From Gammaproteobacteria bacterium (lineage in GTDB: Bacteria > Pseudomonadota > Gammaproteobacteria > DATFLG01): a stretch of DNA of 29,873 nucleotides. Below, in pieces: positions 16,369-26,400 of the stretch. The stretch lies in NCBI GenBank assembly GCA_035266965.1, contig DATFML010000361.1, positions 1-29,873 of the forward strand, written 5' to 3'. A model generated the notes under the pieces. The model did not search any database. It was given only the letters and a program-made list of their open reading frames with translations, and was not told the DNA's origin. A program made the translations under genes and the position numbers. Every line of letters starts with the position of its first letter. The stretch's first letter is position 1.

Positions 16369-17328
16369 ATGCATGCCACATTGCCCTTGCTGAAGAACAC
16401 GGATTTCCCACCCCTGCGGCGAGGGGCGCTGGAAACGGTGCAGGTGAACATGGGCTATCGCTGTAACCAGTCCTGTCTGCACTGTCACGTGAATGCCGGC
16501 CCGGCCCGCACCGAGGTGATGGCACGGGAAACGGTGGATGAGGTGCTGGCATACCTGCAGGCGAGCGGGGCGGCCAACCTGGATATCACCGGTGGCGCCC
16601 CGGAGCTCAATCCCCATTTCCGTTACCTGGTGGAGCGGGCTGGCGCGCTGGGTGTGCATGTCATGGACCGTTGCAACCTCACGGTGCTGAACGAGCCCGG
16701 GCAACAGGACCTGGCCGAATTTCTTGCTTCCCGCCGGGTGGAAGTGGTGGCTTCGCTGCCCTGTTATCTGCCCGACAACGTGGACGGTCAGCGGGGCGCC
16801 GGTGTCTACGACGGCAGTATGCGGGCATTGCGCCGGTTGAACGCGCAGGGTTACGGGCGCCCGGGTTCCGGCCTGGTGCTGAATCTGGTTTACAACCCGG
16901 TGGGTCCGGACCTGCCCCCGCCTCAGGCCAGCCTCGAAGCCGACTACAGGCACCACCTCCATGCACGCTATGGAATCGAGTTCAATCATCTGTTCACCCT
17001 GACCAACATGCCCATCCAGCGTTTCGGCAGCACCCTGGTCTCGAAGGGGCAGTTCAATACCTATATGGAACGACTGCGCACGGCCTACTGTCCGGACAAC
17101 CTGCAGCGGGTGATGTGCCGCACCCTCATCAGTGTGGACTGGCAAGGCCGTGTCTATGACTGCGACTTCAATCAGATGCTTGGTCTGGCCAAGCCCTCGG
17201 GCCGCGGCGATGGCGTGCGGTTGCGGGATCTGATGGATACCGACCTGACCGGTCATCCGATTGCGGTGGCCGACCACTGCTACGGTTGCACCGCCGGCCA
17301 GGGTTCCAGTTGTGGCGGCGCGCTGTAG
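16369..17328 (+). CDS. arsS: Radical SAM protein ArsS (TIGR04167, DUF3641 C-terminus)
   Basis: CxxxCxxC in 'QVNMGYRCNQSCLHCHVNAGP', 'LDITGGAPELNPHFR', 'LVYNPVG', 'NMPIQRF', 'YDCDFNQML', and C-terminal 'HCYGCTAGQGSSCGGAL'. Confidence 0.92.
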   Translation: MHATLPLLKNTDFPPLRRGALETVQVNMGYRCNQSCLHCHVNAGPARTEVMARETVDEVLAYLQASGAANLDITGGAPELNPHFRYLVERAGALGVHVMDRCNLTVLNEPGQQDLAEFLASRRVEVVASLPCYLPDNVDGQRGAGVYDGSMRALRRLNAQGYGRPGSGLVLNLVYNPVGPDLPPPQASLEADYRHHLHARYGIEFNHLFTLTNMPIQRFGSTLVSKGQFNTYMERLRTAYCPDNLQRVMCRTLISVDWQGRVYDCDFNQMLGLAKPSGRGDGVRLRDLMDTDLTGHPIAVADHCYGCTAGQGSSCGGAL

Positions 17329-17355
17329 CGCCCGTCAGCACACACGGGGACGCGG

Positions 17356-18045
17356 ATGACCATGCCCGCGCGATTGTCCGTGATCGTTCCTGCGCTCAAC
17401 GAGGCCGACGGCATCGACGCGACCCTCGCCAGTCTCCAGCCCCTGCGGGCCCGGGGCCACGAAATCCTGGTGGTGGACGGGGGCAGCACCGACGGGACCC
17501 CCGACCGTGCGGCCCGGCGGGCGGACCGGGTGCTGCGCGGGCCGCGGGGACGGGCGCGCCAGATGGCGGCCGGGGTGGCGGCCTGCCGCGGGACGGTATT
17601 GTGGTTCGTGCATGCCGACACCGTGGTGCCGCCCGATGCCGACCTGACGCTGCTTACGGCCCTGACCCGGGACGGTTATCGCTGGGGTCGTTTCGACGTG
17701 AATCTGGCGGGATGCCATGCGCTGCTGCCGACGGTCTCGGCGGCCATGAATCTGCGTTCGCGGCTCACCGGCATCGCGACCGGCGACCAGGGCCTGTTCG
17801 TCACCCGCACCCTTTACGATGCGGTGGGCGGGTTTCCCGACCAGCCGTTGATGGAGGACATCGCCTTGAGCCGGCGCTTGAAAGCCCACGGGCCGCCGGC
17901 GTGCCTCAGGGTCCGGCTGCTGACCTCCGCGCGGCGCTGGGAGCGCGACGGTGTTGCCCGCACGATTGCACTGATGTGGCGGCTGCGTCTGGCCTATGCC
18001 CTGGGGGCCGATCCCGCCGCCCTGGCGCAACGCTACCATGGCTGA
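17356..18045 (+). CDS. TIGR04283-family glycosyltransferase (GT2, arsS-associated)
   Basis: 'SVIVPALNEA', 'VVDGGSTDGT', 'GRARQM', 'FVHADT', 'GIATGDQGLFV', 'GGFPDQPLMEDIALSRRL', 'TSARRW'. Confidence 0.9.
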   Translation: MTMPARLSVIVPALNEADGIDATLASLQPLRARGHEILVVDGGSTDGTPDRAARRADRVLRGPRGRARQMAAGVAACRGTVLWFVHADTVVPPDADLTLLTALTRDGYRWGRFDVNLAGCHALLPTVSAAMNLRSRLTGIATGDQGLFVTRTLYDAVGGFPDQPLMEDIALSRRLKAHGPPACLRVRLLTSARRWERDGVARTIALMWRLRLAYALGADPAALAQRYHG

Positions 18046-18679
18046 CGCTCCCCTGTTTCCGGATGGGCGTGTGCTGGTGTTTTCCAAGGCGCCGGTCCCC
18101 GGACAGGTCAAGACGCGGCTGATGCCCCTGCTGGGGGGCGATGGTTGTGCGCGCCTGCAGCGCCGCCTGGTGGCCCGGACGCTGCAAACCGCTGTCTCGG
18201 CCTCACTCTGTCCGGTAGAGCTGTGGTGCACGGACAGCGCCGATCCGTTCCTCCGGGATTGCGCCGGGCGCTACGGCGCCACCCTGCATGACCAGGGGGA
18301 AGGCGACCTGGGTAGGCGCATGTTGGGCGCCCTGCGGGACGCATTGCGGCGCGCCCGGTTTGCGGTTCTTGTGGGCACGGACTGCCCCGCCGCTTCGGCT
18401 GCGGATCTGGCCCACGCGTTCGCCGCCTTGCGCGCGGGTCGGGATGTGGTTCTGGGTCCGGTGGAGGACGGCGGTTACTGGCTGATAGGCGGGCGACGCA
18501 CCGACCGACGCCTGTTCGATGCCATACCCTGGGGCAGTGGACGGGTCGCAGCGCTGACCCGGGCGCGGCTGCGGGACATGCAGTGGAGTTGGGAGGAGCT
18601 GCCGGAGTCCTGGGATATCGATCGTCCGGAAGACCTCGCGAGATGGCGGCGCCTGGGGAACCTCTGCGCCGGCCGCTGA
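18038..18679 (+). CDS. TIGR04282-family (DUF2064, CofC-like) protein
   Basis: 'VFSKAPVPGQVKTRL', 'QGEGDLGRRM', 'VGTDCP', 'VLGPVEDGGYWLIG', 'IPWGS', 'WDIDRPEDL'. It overlaps the upstream gene by 8 nt. Confidence 0.9.
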   Translation: MADAPLFPDGRVLVFSKAPVPGQVKTRLMPLLGGDGCARLQRRLVARTLQTAVSASLCPVELWCTDSADPFLRDCAGRYGATLHDQGEGDLGRRMLGALRDALRRARFAVLVGTDCPAASAADLAHAFAALRAGRDVVLGPVEDGGYWLIGGRRTDRRLFDAIPWGSGRVAALTRARLRDMQWSWEELPESWDIDRPEDLARWRRLGNLCAGR

Positions 18680-18751
18680 AGCGGCGTTCACGGCGTTGCC
18701 AAGGCGCTCGGAATGCGGGGTCGCGAAGCGACAGACCCTCTGTAAACGGCG
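18655..18751 (+). repeat. 97-bp dispersed repeat, copy 2
   Basis: Matches 5896-5992 in the same orientation and overlaps the last codons and stop of the TIGR04282 gene. Confidence 0.9.
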
Positions 18752-18877
18752 CTTCCCCGCCTCTTTGCGCCTGGCGATCATCCCCTTGATCGACCTGTGC
18801 AGAGGCCCCTGGGGGCGCACGCCGGATTTGTGGACGAGAACCTTCGGGAAGGCACGGAAGGTTGATCTCCGCCGCCC

Positions 18878-19471
18878 TTATTGGGGAGCAGGCTCGCCCC
18901 ACAGGTTCGGCAGCAGGGTATTGGCGTAGCCGGAGACGAATGCCTTCGCCTCGCCGGTGTCCGGGCTGAACACGTGACGGCGTACCGCGCCGATATCGGC
19001 GCCATAGACATGGATGCTGATGGACACGCGGTCGTCGAAAGCGTTCTTCACCGAATGGATGTCGCCGATGCCAGGAGACACCGCATCCACCTGACCCGTG
19101 GCCAGTGTGCTGGTCCCCAGACTGCGCAGCCGGCCCGTCGGAGCCCGCTCGAAGGACTCGCAGACTTCGGCGCCGCGCAGAACGCCCACCAGCCCCCAGA
19201 TGGTGTGGTCGTGCACGGGCGTGGACTGGCCCGGACCCCATACGAAGCTGACCACCGAAAACCGTTCCAGCGGGTCGCAGTAGAGCAGATACTGGCGGTA
19301 GTAGGTGGCATCGGGTTGCGCGAAGGCATCGGGAAGCCAGTCGTCGTAGCGCACCAGCTCGCCCAGCAGCTCGCGCCCGCCGGCCAGAATGGCGGGCTCG
19401 TCGGCCCCCACCTGGGAGGTCAGCAACGTCATCTGTCGCACGAATTCCCGCAATCTGCCCGTACCGCTCAT
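18878..19471 (-). CDS. Gln-type thiol dioxygenase (cysteine dioxygenase family; 3-mercaptopropionate dioxygenase-like)
   Basis: Cupin 3-His site 'TPVHDH…DIHSV', 'YRQYLLY' (Gln-type), 'FSVVSFVWGPGQ', and 'SISIHVYG'. Confidence 0.9.
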   Translation of the reverse strand: MSGTGRLREFVRQMTLLTSQVGADEPAILAGGRELLGELVRYDDWLPDAFAQPDATYYRQYLLYCDPLERFSVVSFVWGPGQSTPVHDHTIWGLVGVLRGAEVCESFERAPTGRLRSLGTSTLATGQVDAVSPGIGDIHSVKNAFDDRVSISIHVYGADIGAVRRHVFSPDTGEAKAFVSGYANTLLPNLWGEPAPQ

Positions 19472-19667
19472 GGTCGATGCTCCGTGACGGGGTGGCTCCG
19501 GCCGCCGGCTCTCCGGCGTTTTCCACGGGGCGGAGTCGATCGTCGTGGCTCCCGGTCGATGGAAAAGCCTTTGCTCGCCCCGCACGCATTCCGGCCCGCA
19601 AGCAGGCGCCTCGTGTCCCACTATAGCCCAGGTGCCGGCGGGGCAACGCCATCCAGGTCGTCTCGGG

Positions 19668-21287
19668 CTAGACCGGCGGCACCAGAGGTTTGAAGCGCGC
19701 ATCGCCGTCCCTGGCGATCTGGGGTACCAGGTCCACCTCCCAGGTGAGGTAGCCCTGCATGGCGGCGGGGTCCGCTTCCGGGTGCTCGTAGGGCTTGTAC
19801 CACAGGTCGTCCGCTTCGCAGGTGGGCCGCTCCATGCCGGCGGCGGTGGGCAGGCCTGCGCCAAACCAGGCACGGGTGCCGCCTTCCAGGACCTGGACGG
19901 CCACGTCGGGCCGCGCCGCCTGTGCGTCGCCGGCGGTCAGTCGGGCGAGCAGGGCATCCGGGGATGTCACTACCAGAGAGTCCATCGGCGGCATCACCGC
20001 CAGCGCCTGCTGCAGGCGTGCCCGCACGCCCCACCAGGCCCCGGGTATATGTCCGGCCTGGTACTCTTTGCTGGTGGCTACATCCAGCACGGCCGTGCTG
20101 CCGTCAGCCAGGGCACGCTGCAGCGCTCCGGCGTCGACCGTGGCGACGGCTTCCAGGGCCGGTGCCGGTGTCGGAACGGGTCCCTGTACCAGCCTTTGAT
20201 CGCCAATCCCTCCGGCCAGGACATAGACCTCCTGCCAACCCAGCTGCCGCAGCCAGGAGGCGGTCATCAAGGCGCGCACCTCCGTATCGTCCACCAGCAC
20301 CAGGCGGGCATTCAGCACCCCGACGTACTCGTCGGTGGCCTGCACGAGCTGTCCCCCCGGCGCGCTGCGGCTGCCGGGCAGGTGACCGGCCTCGAATTCC
20401 TCGGGGCTGCGCACATCGAACACGAAGGTCGTACGGCGCGGGGATTCGGCCTGCCATGCGGCCAGTTCCGTCCGATCGACATTTTCCACCCCGGCCCGGC
20501 GGGCGACATTGCGCGCGGCGGCGAGCGCTCGGGCTCGTGTCTGCGGTGAAGGGGGCGGAGCGGCTCGTTGTGCGCCGTGCTCCAGCTCGAAGCCTGCCAG
20601 GCGCCAGCCCATGGTGCCGCCCTTGAGGGCGGCCACCGGGTTGGGAATGCCCGCATTGATCAGGGACTGGGCGCCGATGATGCTGCGGGTACGCCCGGCG
20701 CAGTTCACCACCACCAGCGTGCGGGGGTCGGGGGCCAGTTCCCGGACCCGGTAGGCCAGCTCGGCGCCCGGGGTGTCGATGCCGCCGGGAATGTGCATGC
20801 GCCGGTACTCCTCCATGGGCCGGGCGTCGAGAACCACCAGCGGATCGCCGGCGTCCAGCCGGGCCTTGAGCTCTTTGGGGGTGAGCAAAGGTGTATGGCA
20901 GGTCTGTTCGACGATTTCCCCGAACGCCTTGCTGGGCACGTTGACTCCGGAGAACAGCTCGAAGCCGGCGGCCCGCCAGCCCTCGATGCCCCGTTCGAGG
21001 ACCGCCACGTCGCTGTAGCCCAGCGCCTGCAGGCGGGCGGCCGCCCGCGGAGCCAGATCGTCTTCCCCGCCATCCACCACCACCGTGGGCGTGTTCCGCC
21101 GCGGTACCAGAGCCCCGATCAACAGCTCCAGGCGACTGAGGGGGAGGCAGGAGGCGAGCAACAGATGCCCGGCGGAGAAGGGGCCCTGTTCCCGTACGTC
21201 GATCAGCGCCAGTTCGCCGCCGGCGCGCAACAGATCCTTGAGCCCATTCGGGGTAATGCTTTGCGCGGCGGACTTCGGTCGGGCCAT
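19668..21287 (-). CDS. Four-domain rhodanese-like sulfurtransferase
   Basis: Four repeats starting 'LIDVRE', 'VLDARP', 'VFDVRS' and 'VLDVAT', with GH/MH-I/L-P/L-G/A signatures. An active-site-like 'VNCAGRTRS' is present in domain 2. Confidence 0.9.
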   Translation of the reverse strand: MARPKSAAQSITPNGLKDLLRAGGELALIDVREQGPFSAGHLLLASCLPLSRLELLIGALVPRRNTPTVVVDGGEDDLAPRAAARLQALGYSDVAVLERGIEGWRAAGFELFSGVNVPSKAFGEIVEQTCHTPLLTPKELKARLDAGDPLVVLDARPMEEYRRMHIPGGIDTPGAELAYRVRELAPDPRTLVVVNCAGRTRSIIGAQSLINAGIPNPVAALKGGTMGWRLAGFELEHGAQRAAPPPSPQTRARALAAARNVARRAGVENVDRTELAAWQAESPRRTTFVFDVRSPEEFEAGHLPGSRSAPGGQLVQATDEYVGVLNARLVLVDDTEVRALMTASWLRQLGWQEVYVLAGGIGDQRLVQGPVPTPAPALEAVATVDAGALQRALADGSTAVLDVATSKEYQAGHIPGAWWGVRARLQQALAVMPPMDSLVVTSPDALLARLTAGDAQAARPDVAVQVLEGGTRAWFGAGLPTAAGMERPTCEADDLWYKPYEHPEADPAAMQGYLTWEVDLVPQIARDGDARFKPLVPPV

Positions 21288-21490
21288 GTCTGTCCAGCTT
21301 CCCGCTGTGGGGCATTTGCAAGGTCAGCGGCAGAATAATCAGACGCTGCGCTGAACGCAACGGCACTCACGAGAGACCGCATCGGGGGTCGATCCGGGTT
21401 TTTCACATCGGCGGAGGCGGCCGCGCAGCACGCACGGTGCCGCGGCGTCCGGGCGCCTCGGTGCACGTACCCGCAAGCCGCCGCGCCGGC

Positions 21491-21531
21491 TCAAGCGTGT
21501 GCTTGAAGCGGTTGTTTGAATCATCTACCAT
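21491..21531 (+). promoter_or_regulatory. Sigma-70 promoter overlapped by TetR-type operator palindrome
   Basis: -35 TTGAAG (21503-21508), 17-nt spacer, -10 TACCAT (21526-21531). Palindrome TCAAGC-GTGT-GCTTGA (21491-21506) plus an imperfect second copy TGAAGC-GGTT-GTTTGA (21504-21519). Confidence 0.65.
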
Positions 21532-21561
21532 GCTGGCTTCGTCCCAGCCTGCAGAAAGTCC

Positions 21562-22197
21562 GTGACAGAACCCGGCCCCAACGTCCGCCAACGCCTTATC
21601 GAGGCGGCCATGGGCGTGTTCGCCGAAAAGGGCTATTCCCGTGCGTCGACGCGGGAAATCTGCCGGCTGGCAGGGGCCAACGCGGCCGCGATCCATTACT
21701 ACTTCGGCGACAAGGCGACCCTGTACCGGGAGGTGTTTCGACCTCCTGAATACGTTACCGAGGTCCCGGAAGCACTCAGCGCGCCGGACTCGACGCTGCG
21801 CGAAGGTCTGGAGGCTTTCTTCAGGCCACTGACCAGGCTGTTGACCGAATCCTGCATGGCGCCGCACCAGCACATGCTGCTGGTCCGCGAGCAGGTCCAG
21901 CCCACCGGGCTGTTGAACGAGCGGCGGGTGGATTTCTTCCGCCCTCGCCACGAGCAGGTATGCCGGTTCCTGTGTCGGCACTGCGGCGCCGCGGAGCCCG
22001 ATGAGGCGATCGAACAACTCGCCATCAGCCTGGCCGGCATGGCACTGGTGTTTTTCATGAAGCGCGACTATGTGGAGGCTTTTGCCCCCGGCCTGTTGAG
22101 CGACGGCCCCGCCCTGGCGGCAACCCTGGAACGGCTGACCGACTACGGCGTCACCCTGGCGGAAGCCGAAGCCCGCAGGCGGCGGGCGGGCGGTTGA
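21562..22197 (+). CDS. TetR/AcrR-family regulator (CecR/YbiH-like C-terminus)
   Basis: HTH 'RQRLIEAAMGVFAEKGYSRASTREICRLAGANAAAIHYYFGDKATLYREV'; GTG start. Confidence 0.9.
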   Translation: MTEPGPNVRQRLIEAAMGVFAEKGYSRASTREICRLAGANAAAIHYYFGDKATLYREVFRPPEYVTEVPEALSAPDSTLREGLEAFFRPLTRLLTESCMAPHQHMLLVREQVQPTGLLNERRVDFFRPRHEQVCRFLCRHCGAAEPDEAIEQLAISLAGMALVFFMKRDYVEAFAPGLLSDGPALAATLERLTDYGVTLAEAEARRRRAGG

Positions 22198-22357
22198 AGT
22201 CGATCGGCGGCCGATGATGATCAGCGGCGCGAAATACAACAACTGCGTGGCCGTCTATGACGGCCCTGTGATGAATTGGGGCGGTAGGCGGACTGTGGCA
22301 GGCGCTGCCGGTGCCGAAACCGTCGTCCCGGTGGAACACTCCTGAGGAGCTCAGCTC

Positions 22358-23491
22358 ATGGCTTCGCGCAAGACCCGTCTTATCCGACGCATCGTGATCA
22401 TGCTGTTGTTCGTGGGCATCGTCTACGGCGGGGCGATCGGATTCAACCGATTCGTCGGCTCCATGATCCGCAAGGCCATGGCCTCGGCGCCGCCTCCCAC
22501 CGTCAGTGTTTCCGTCGCCAAAGCCCAAACCCACACATGGCACCAGCGGCTGCACGCGGTGGCCAGCCTCAAGGCCGTCCAGGGCACGACCCTCACCACC
22601 CAGACCGCCGGCACCGTGATCGGACTGCATTTCCATTCCGGGCAGGACGTCAAGGCCGGCACCCTGCTGGTGCAGCTCAACGACAACGTGGCGCGTGCCC
22701 GGTTGGCCGCCGACAAGGCCAAGTTGCTCAACGCGCGCCAGCAACTGCAGCGCCAGCGCAAGCTCTATACCAGGCAGGCCACCAGCCAATCCCAGTTGCA
22801 ATCGGCGGAGGCGGGCTTCGGAGAAGCCCAGGCGGCCGTGCAGGCCGATGAGGCGGCGCTCACCAATCTGCAGGTGCGAGCGCCCTTCACCGGTCACCTG
22901 GGCATACGTCAGGTGAGCCTCGGTCAGTATGTCTCGCCCGGCACCAGCGTCGTCGATATCCATCAGTGGAAGCCTCTGCTGGTGGAGTTTCAGATCCCCC
23001 AACGGGACCAGGCGCGCATCGCCGTGGGTAACAGCGTGAAGCTGACGGTCACGGGCATCGAAGGGCACACCTTCCAGGGCAAGATCACCTCGCTGGGGTC
23101 GTCGCTGAACAACGGCACCCGCAGCCTGGGGGTGCAGGCCACGGTTCCCAACAGCGACCGCCGGCTGCGTCCCGGCATGTTCGGAGAAGTCACGGTGCGG
23201 CTGGCGGCCCAGAACAAGGTGGTCGCGGTGCCGCAGACCGCCATTTCCTACAGCACCTATGGCCAGTACGTCTACGTCATCGAGCACACCAAGAAGGGCA
23301 CTGTCGCTCAGCAGCGTGTGGTACAGACCGGCAGCCGGCGCGACGCACTGATCGCCGTGAGCCAGGGCCTGAAAGCAGGCGAGGAAGTGGTGACCGCGGG
23401 CCAGGTCAATCTGTATTCGGGAGCCCACGTAAAAATCAAACCGCCGTCGAAAGCCCTCAGTGAAGCGGGCGCACAGCAGCCGGGGAGCTGA
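22358..23491 (+). CDS. RND efflux periplasmic adaptor (membrane fusion protein)
   Basis: GAGGAG RBS, N-terminal TM helix, 'GQDVKAGTLLVQLND', hairpin coiled coil, 'RAPFTGHLGIRQVSLGQYVSPG', 'LRPGMF', 'VVTAGQ'. Confidence 0.95.
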   Translation: MASRKTRLIRRIVIMLLFVGIVYGGAIGFNRFVGSMIRKAMASAPPPTVSVSVAKAQTHTWHQRLHAVASLKAVQGTTLTTQTAGTVIGLHFHSGQDVKAGTLLVQLNDNVARARLAADKAKLLNARQQLQRQRKLYTRQATSQSQLQSAEAGFGEAQAAVQADEAALTNLQVRAPFTGHLGIRQVSLGQYVSPGTSVVDIHQWKPLLVEFQIPQRDQARIAVGNSVKLTVTGIEGHTFQGKITSLGSSLNNGTRSLGVQATVPNSDRRLRPGMFGEVTVRLAAQNKVVAVPQTAISYSTYGQYVYVIEHTKKGTVAQQRVVQTGSRRDALIAVSQGLKAGEEVVTAGQVNLYSGAHVKIKPPSKALSEAGAQQPGS

Positions 23492-23494
23492 GTC

Positions 23495-26400
23495 ATGGCC
23501 AAGCATCTGACCAACTCCCGTTGGACGGACCTGTTCGTCCGCCGGCCGGTGCTGGCCGTCACGCTGGCGACGGTGGTGGTGGTACTCGGCGCTTTCGGCA
23601 TCAGCAAGATGACCATCCGGGAGTATCCCAAGCTCACCACCACGGTGATCACGGTGGGCACCTCTTACCCGGGCGCCAGTCCGCAGACCGTGCAGAGCTA
23701 CATCACCCAGCCGCTGAGCCGGGTGCTGGGCAGCGTGCCGCATCTCGATTACATGACCTCCAGCAGCAGCCAGGGGACCTCCACGGTTACGCTGTACATG
23801 AAGCTCAACGCCAATTCCGAAGAGGCGCTGACCAACACCCTGACCCAGATCAAGCAGGTCGAGAGCCTGCTGCCCAAGAACAGCTTTCCGCCGGTGGTGA
23901 ATTCCTCCTCGGGCAGCCGCACGGCGCTGATGTACATTGCCTTTTCCAGTCCCGGCGGGCAGATGACCATCCCGCAGATCGTCGACTACGTGGTGCGCAA
24001 CGCCCAGCCGCTGCTGCAGACGGTGTCGGGGGTTTCCCAGGCCCAGGTGGTGCCGGTGGGCGCCTCGGGGGGCAACGGCAACAACCAGGCGGTGCGGGTC
24101 TGGCTCAATCCCCAGGAGATGGCCGCCCGGGGCATCACCCCCGCCGATGTGGAGAAAGCGCTGGCTTCCCAGAACGTGGTGGCGGCCACCGGCAAGACCG
24201 AGGGCAATCTGATTTCCGTGCCCCTGACCAGCAACATGGAGATGACGTCCGCCAAGGATTTCCGCAAGCTGGTGGTGAAGACGGTGAACGGCACGCCCAT
24301 CTACCTGCAGGACGTGGCCAGGGTGGAGATCGGCGCCGAAAGCTACGTGTCCAAGTTCTACTTCGACGGTCACCCCGCGGTGGCCATCGGCATCCAGACC
24401 ACGCCTTCGGCCAACGACCTGCAGGTGGCCCTGGGGGTCAATCGCAAGATTCAGGAGCTCAAGAAGCGCCTGCCGCCCGGCATGGAGGTGGGTCTGCCCT
24501 ACAACGGCGCCAACTTCATCCACACCGCCATCGACGAGGTGGCCACCACCATCGGCATCACCCTCGGCGTGGTGGTGCTGGTGATCTTCCTGTTTCTGGG
24601 TTCGCTCCGGGCGCTGGTCGTGCCCCTGGTGGCCATCCCTCTGTCCCTGGTGGGCGCCGGGTTCTTCATGTACATGGTGGGGTATTCGCTCAATCTGCTG
24701 ACCCTGCTGGCATTCGTGCTCGCCATCGGGCTGGTGGTGGACGATGCCATCGTGATGGTGGAGAACGTCCACCGGCACGTGGACGAGGGCAGATCCGGGT
24801 TCCAGGCGGCGGTCATTTCGGCGCGGGAGCTCACCCTGCCCATCATCGTGATGTCCACCACCCTGATTGCGGTCTACCTGCCGGTGGCGTTCGGCGGCGG
24901 GCTGACCGGTGCCCTGTTCACGGAATTCGCGATGACCATCGTGTTCGCCGTCATGCTGTCCATGGTGATCGCCCTGACCCTGTCGCCCATGCTCAGCGGG
25001 CGGATCCTGCGCTCGACGCCGGCCCATGGACTGAACCACTTCCTGGAAGTGGGCTTCCAGCGCTTCCGGGCGCTGTTCGACCGCTCGCTGCACAGCTTCC
25101 TTGAGTTCCCGGTGGTGGGTACCGTGTTCATCATCGCCACCTTCGTGGCCTTGTATTTCCTGTTCGCCGGGGTGCGTCACGAGCTCTCGCCGCCCCAGAA
25201 CAGCGGCGTGGTGTTCTCGTTGGGCACCGCACCGCCCAATGCGGCACCCAACTACGTGGACGCCTTGGGCCAGCAGGTGCTGAAGACCTTCGGCCACTTC
25301 CCCCAGAAGGATCACACCTTCCTGGTGACCGGCTTCAGCCCCAACGGCGGCGGCAACAACAGCCTGATCGGGGGCATGACGCTCAAGCCGTTCAGTGAGC
25401 GCAAGCAGACCGCGAGCGATCTCAAGCCGAAGATCCAGAAGGACCTCGGTGGGGTCACGGGCCTTAAGGCCGCGGCCTTCACGCCGCCGCCGCTGCCCGG
25501 TTCGGCGGGCCTGTTTCCCATCGATTTCGTGATCACCTCATCGAGACCCTATGCGGACCTGGATCACGTGGCCAATGCGGTGCTGGCCAAGGCGCGGGAA
25601 AGCCATCGGTTCCTGTTTCTGCAGAAGGATCTGAAAATCGACCAGCCCCAGTACGAGCTGGTGGTCAACCGCAAGTTGGCGGCGGATCTGGGCATCACCA
25701 TGGATCAGGTGGCGGCGGACCTGCAACCCATGCTGTCGGGCGCCTATGTCAATCGATTCACCATGGACGGCTATGCCTATCAGGTGATCCCCCAGACGCC
25801 GGACATGTTCCGTGCCGATCCCAGCGATCTGGAGCAGTATCACATCAAGGCCGCCGACGGGAGACTCATTCCCCTGTCCACGCTGGTGTCGTTCAAGACC
25901 CGGGTGATTCCGCAGGATCTGCCCCAGTTCGACCGCATCAACAGCGTGACCATCCAGGGCGTGCCGTTCCCCGGCGTGTCCCAGGGGGATGCCCTGCAGT
26001 ATCTGGCCCAGACCACCCACGACATAGCGCCGGATGCCGCCATCAACTACGGCGGTTCGTCGCGCCAGTTCATGGAACAGGGCAACACCTTCATGGTGTC
26101 GGTGGTGCTGGCTTTGGTGCTCATCTATCTGCTGCTGTCGGCGCAGTTCAACAGCTTCCGGGATGCGATGATCGTCATGTTCGCGGTGCCCATGTCGGCG
26201 GCGGGCGCGCTACTGTTCATGGCCCTGGGCATGGCCACCCTGAACATCTACACCGAGATCGCCCTCATCACGCTGATCGGCCTGATCACCAAGCAGGGCA
26301 TCCTGGTGGTGCAGTTCGCCAACAACCTTCAGGAGAGCGAGGGGCTGGGTCTGCGTGAGGCGGTGGAGAAGGCCACCAGCATTCGCCTGCGGCCCATCCT

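Noticed and set aside
22214-22345. 43-aa ORF between tetR and the MFP gene
   Set aside because: No RBS, no recognisable motif, and a length expected by chance.
22151-25315. 1054-aa minus-strand ORF
   Set aside because: Antisense shadow of the MFP/RND genes; its His/Gly/Gln/Arg-rich composition is typical of reverse-frame translation.
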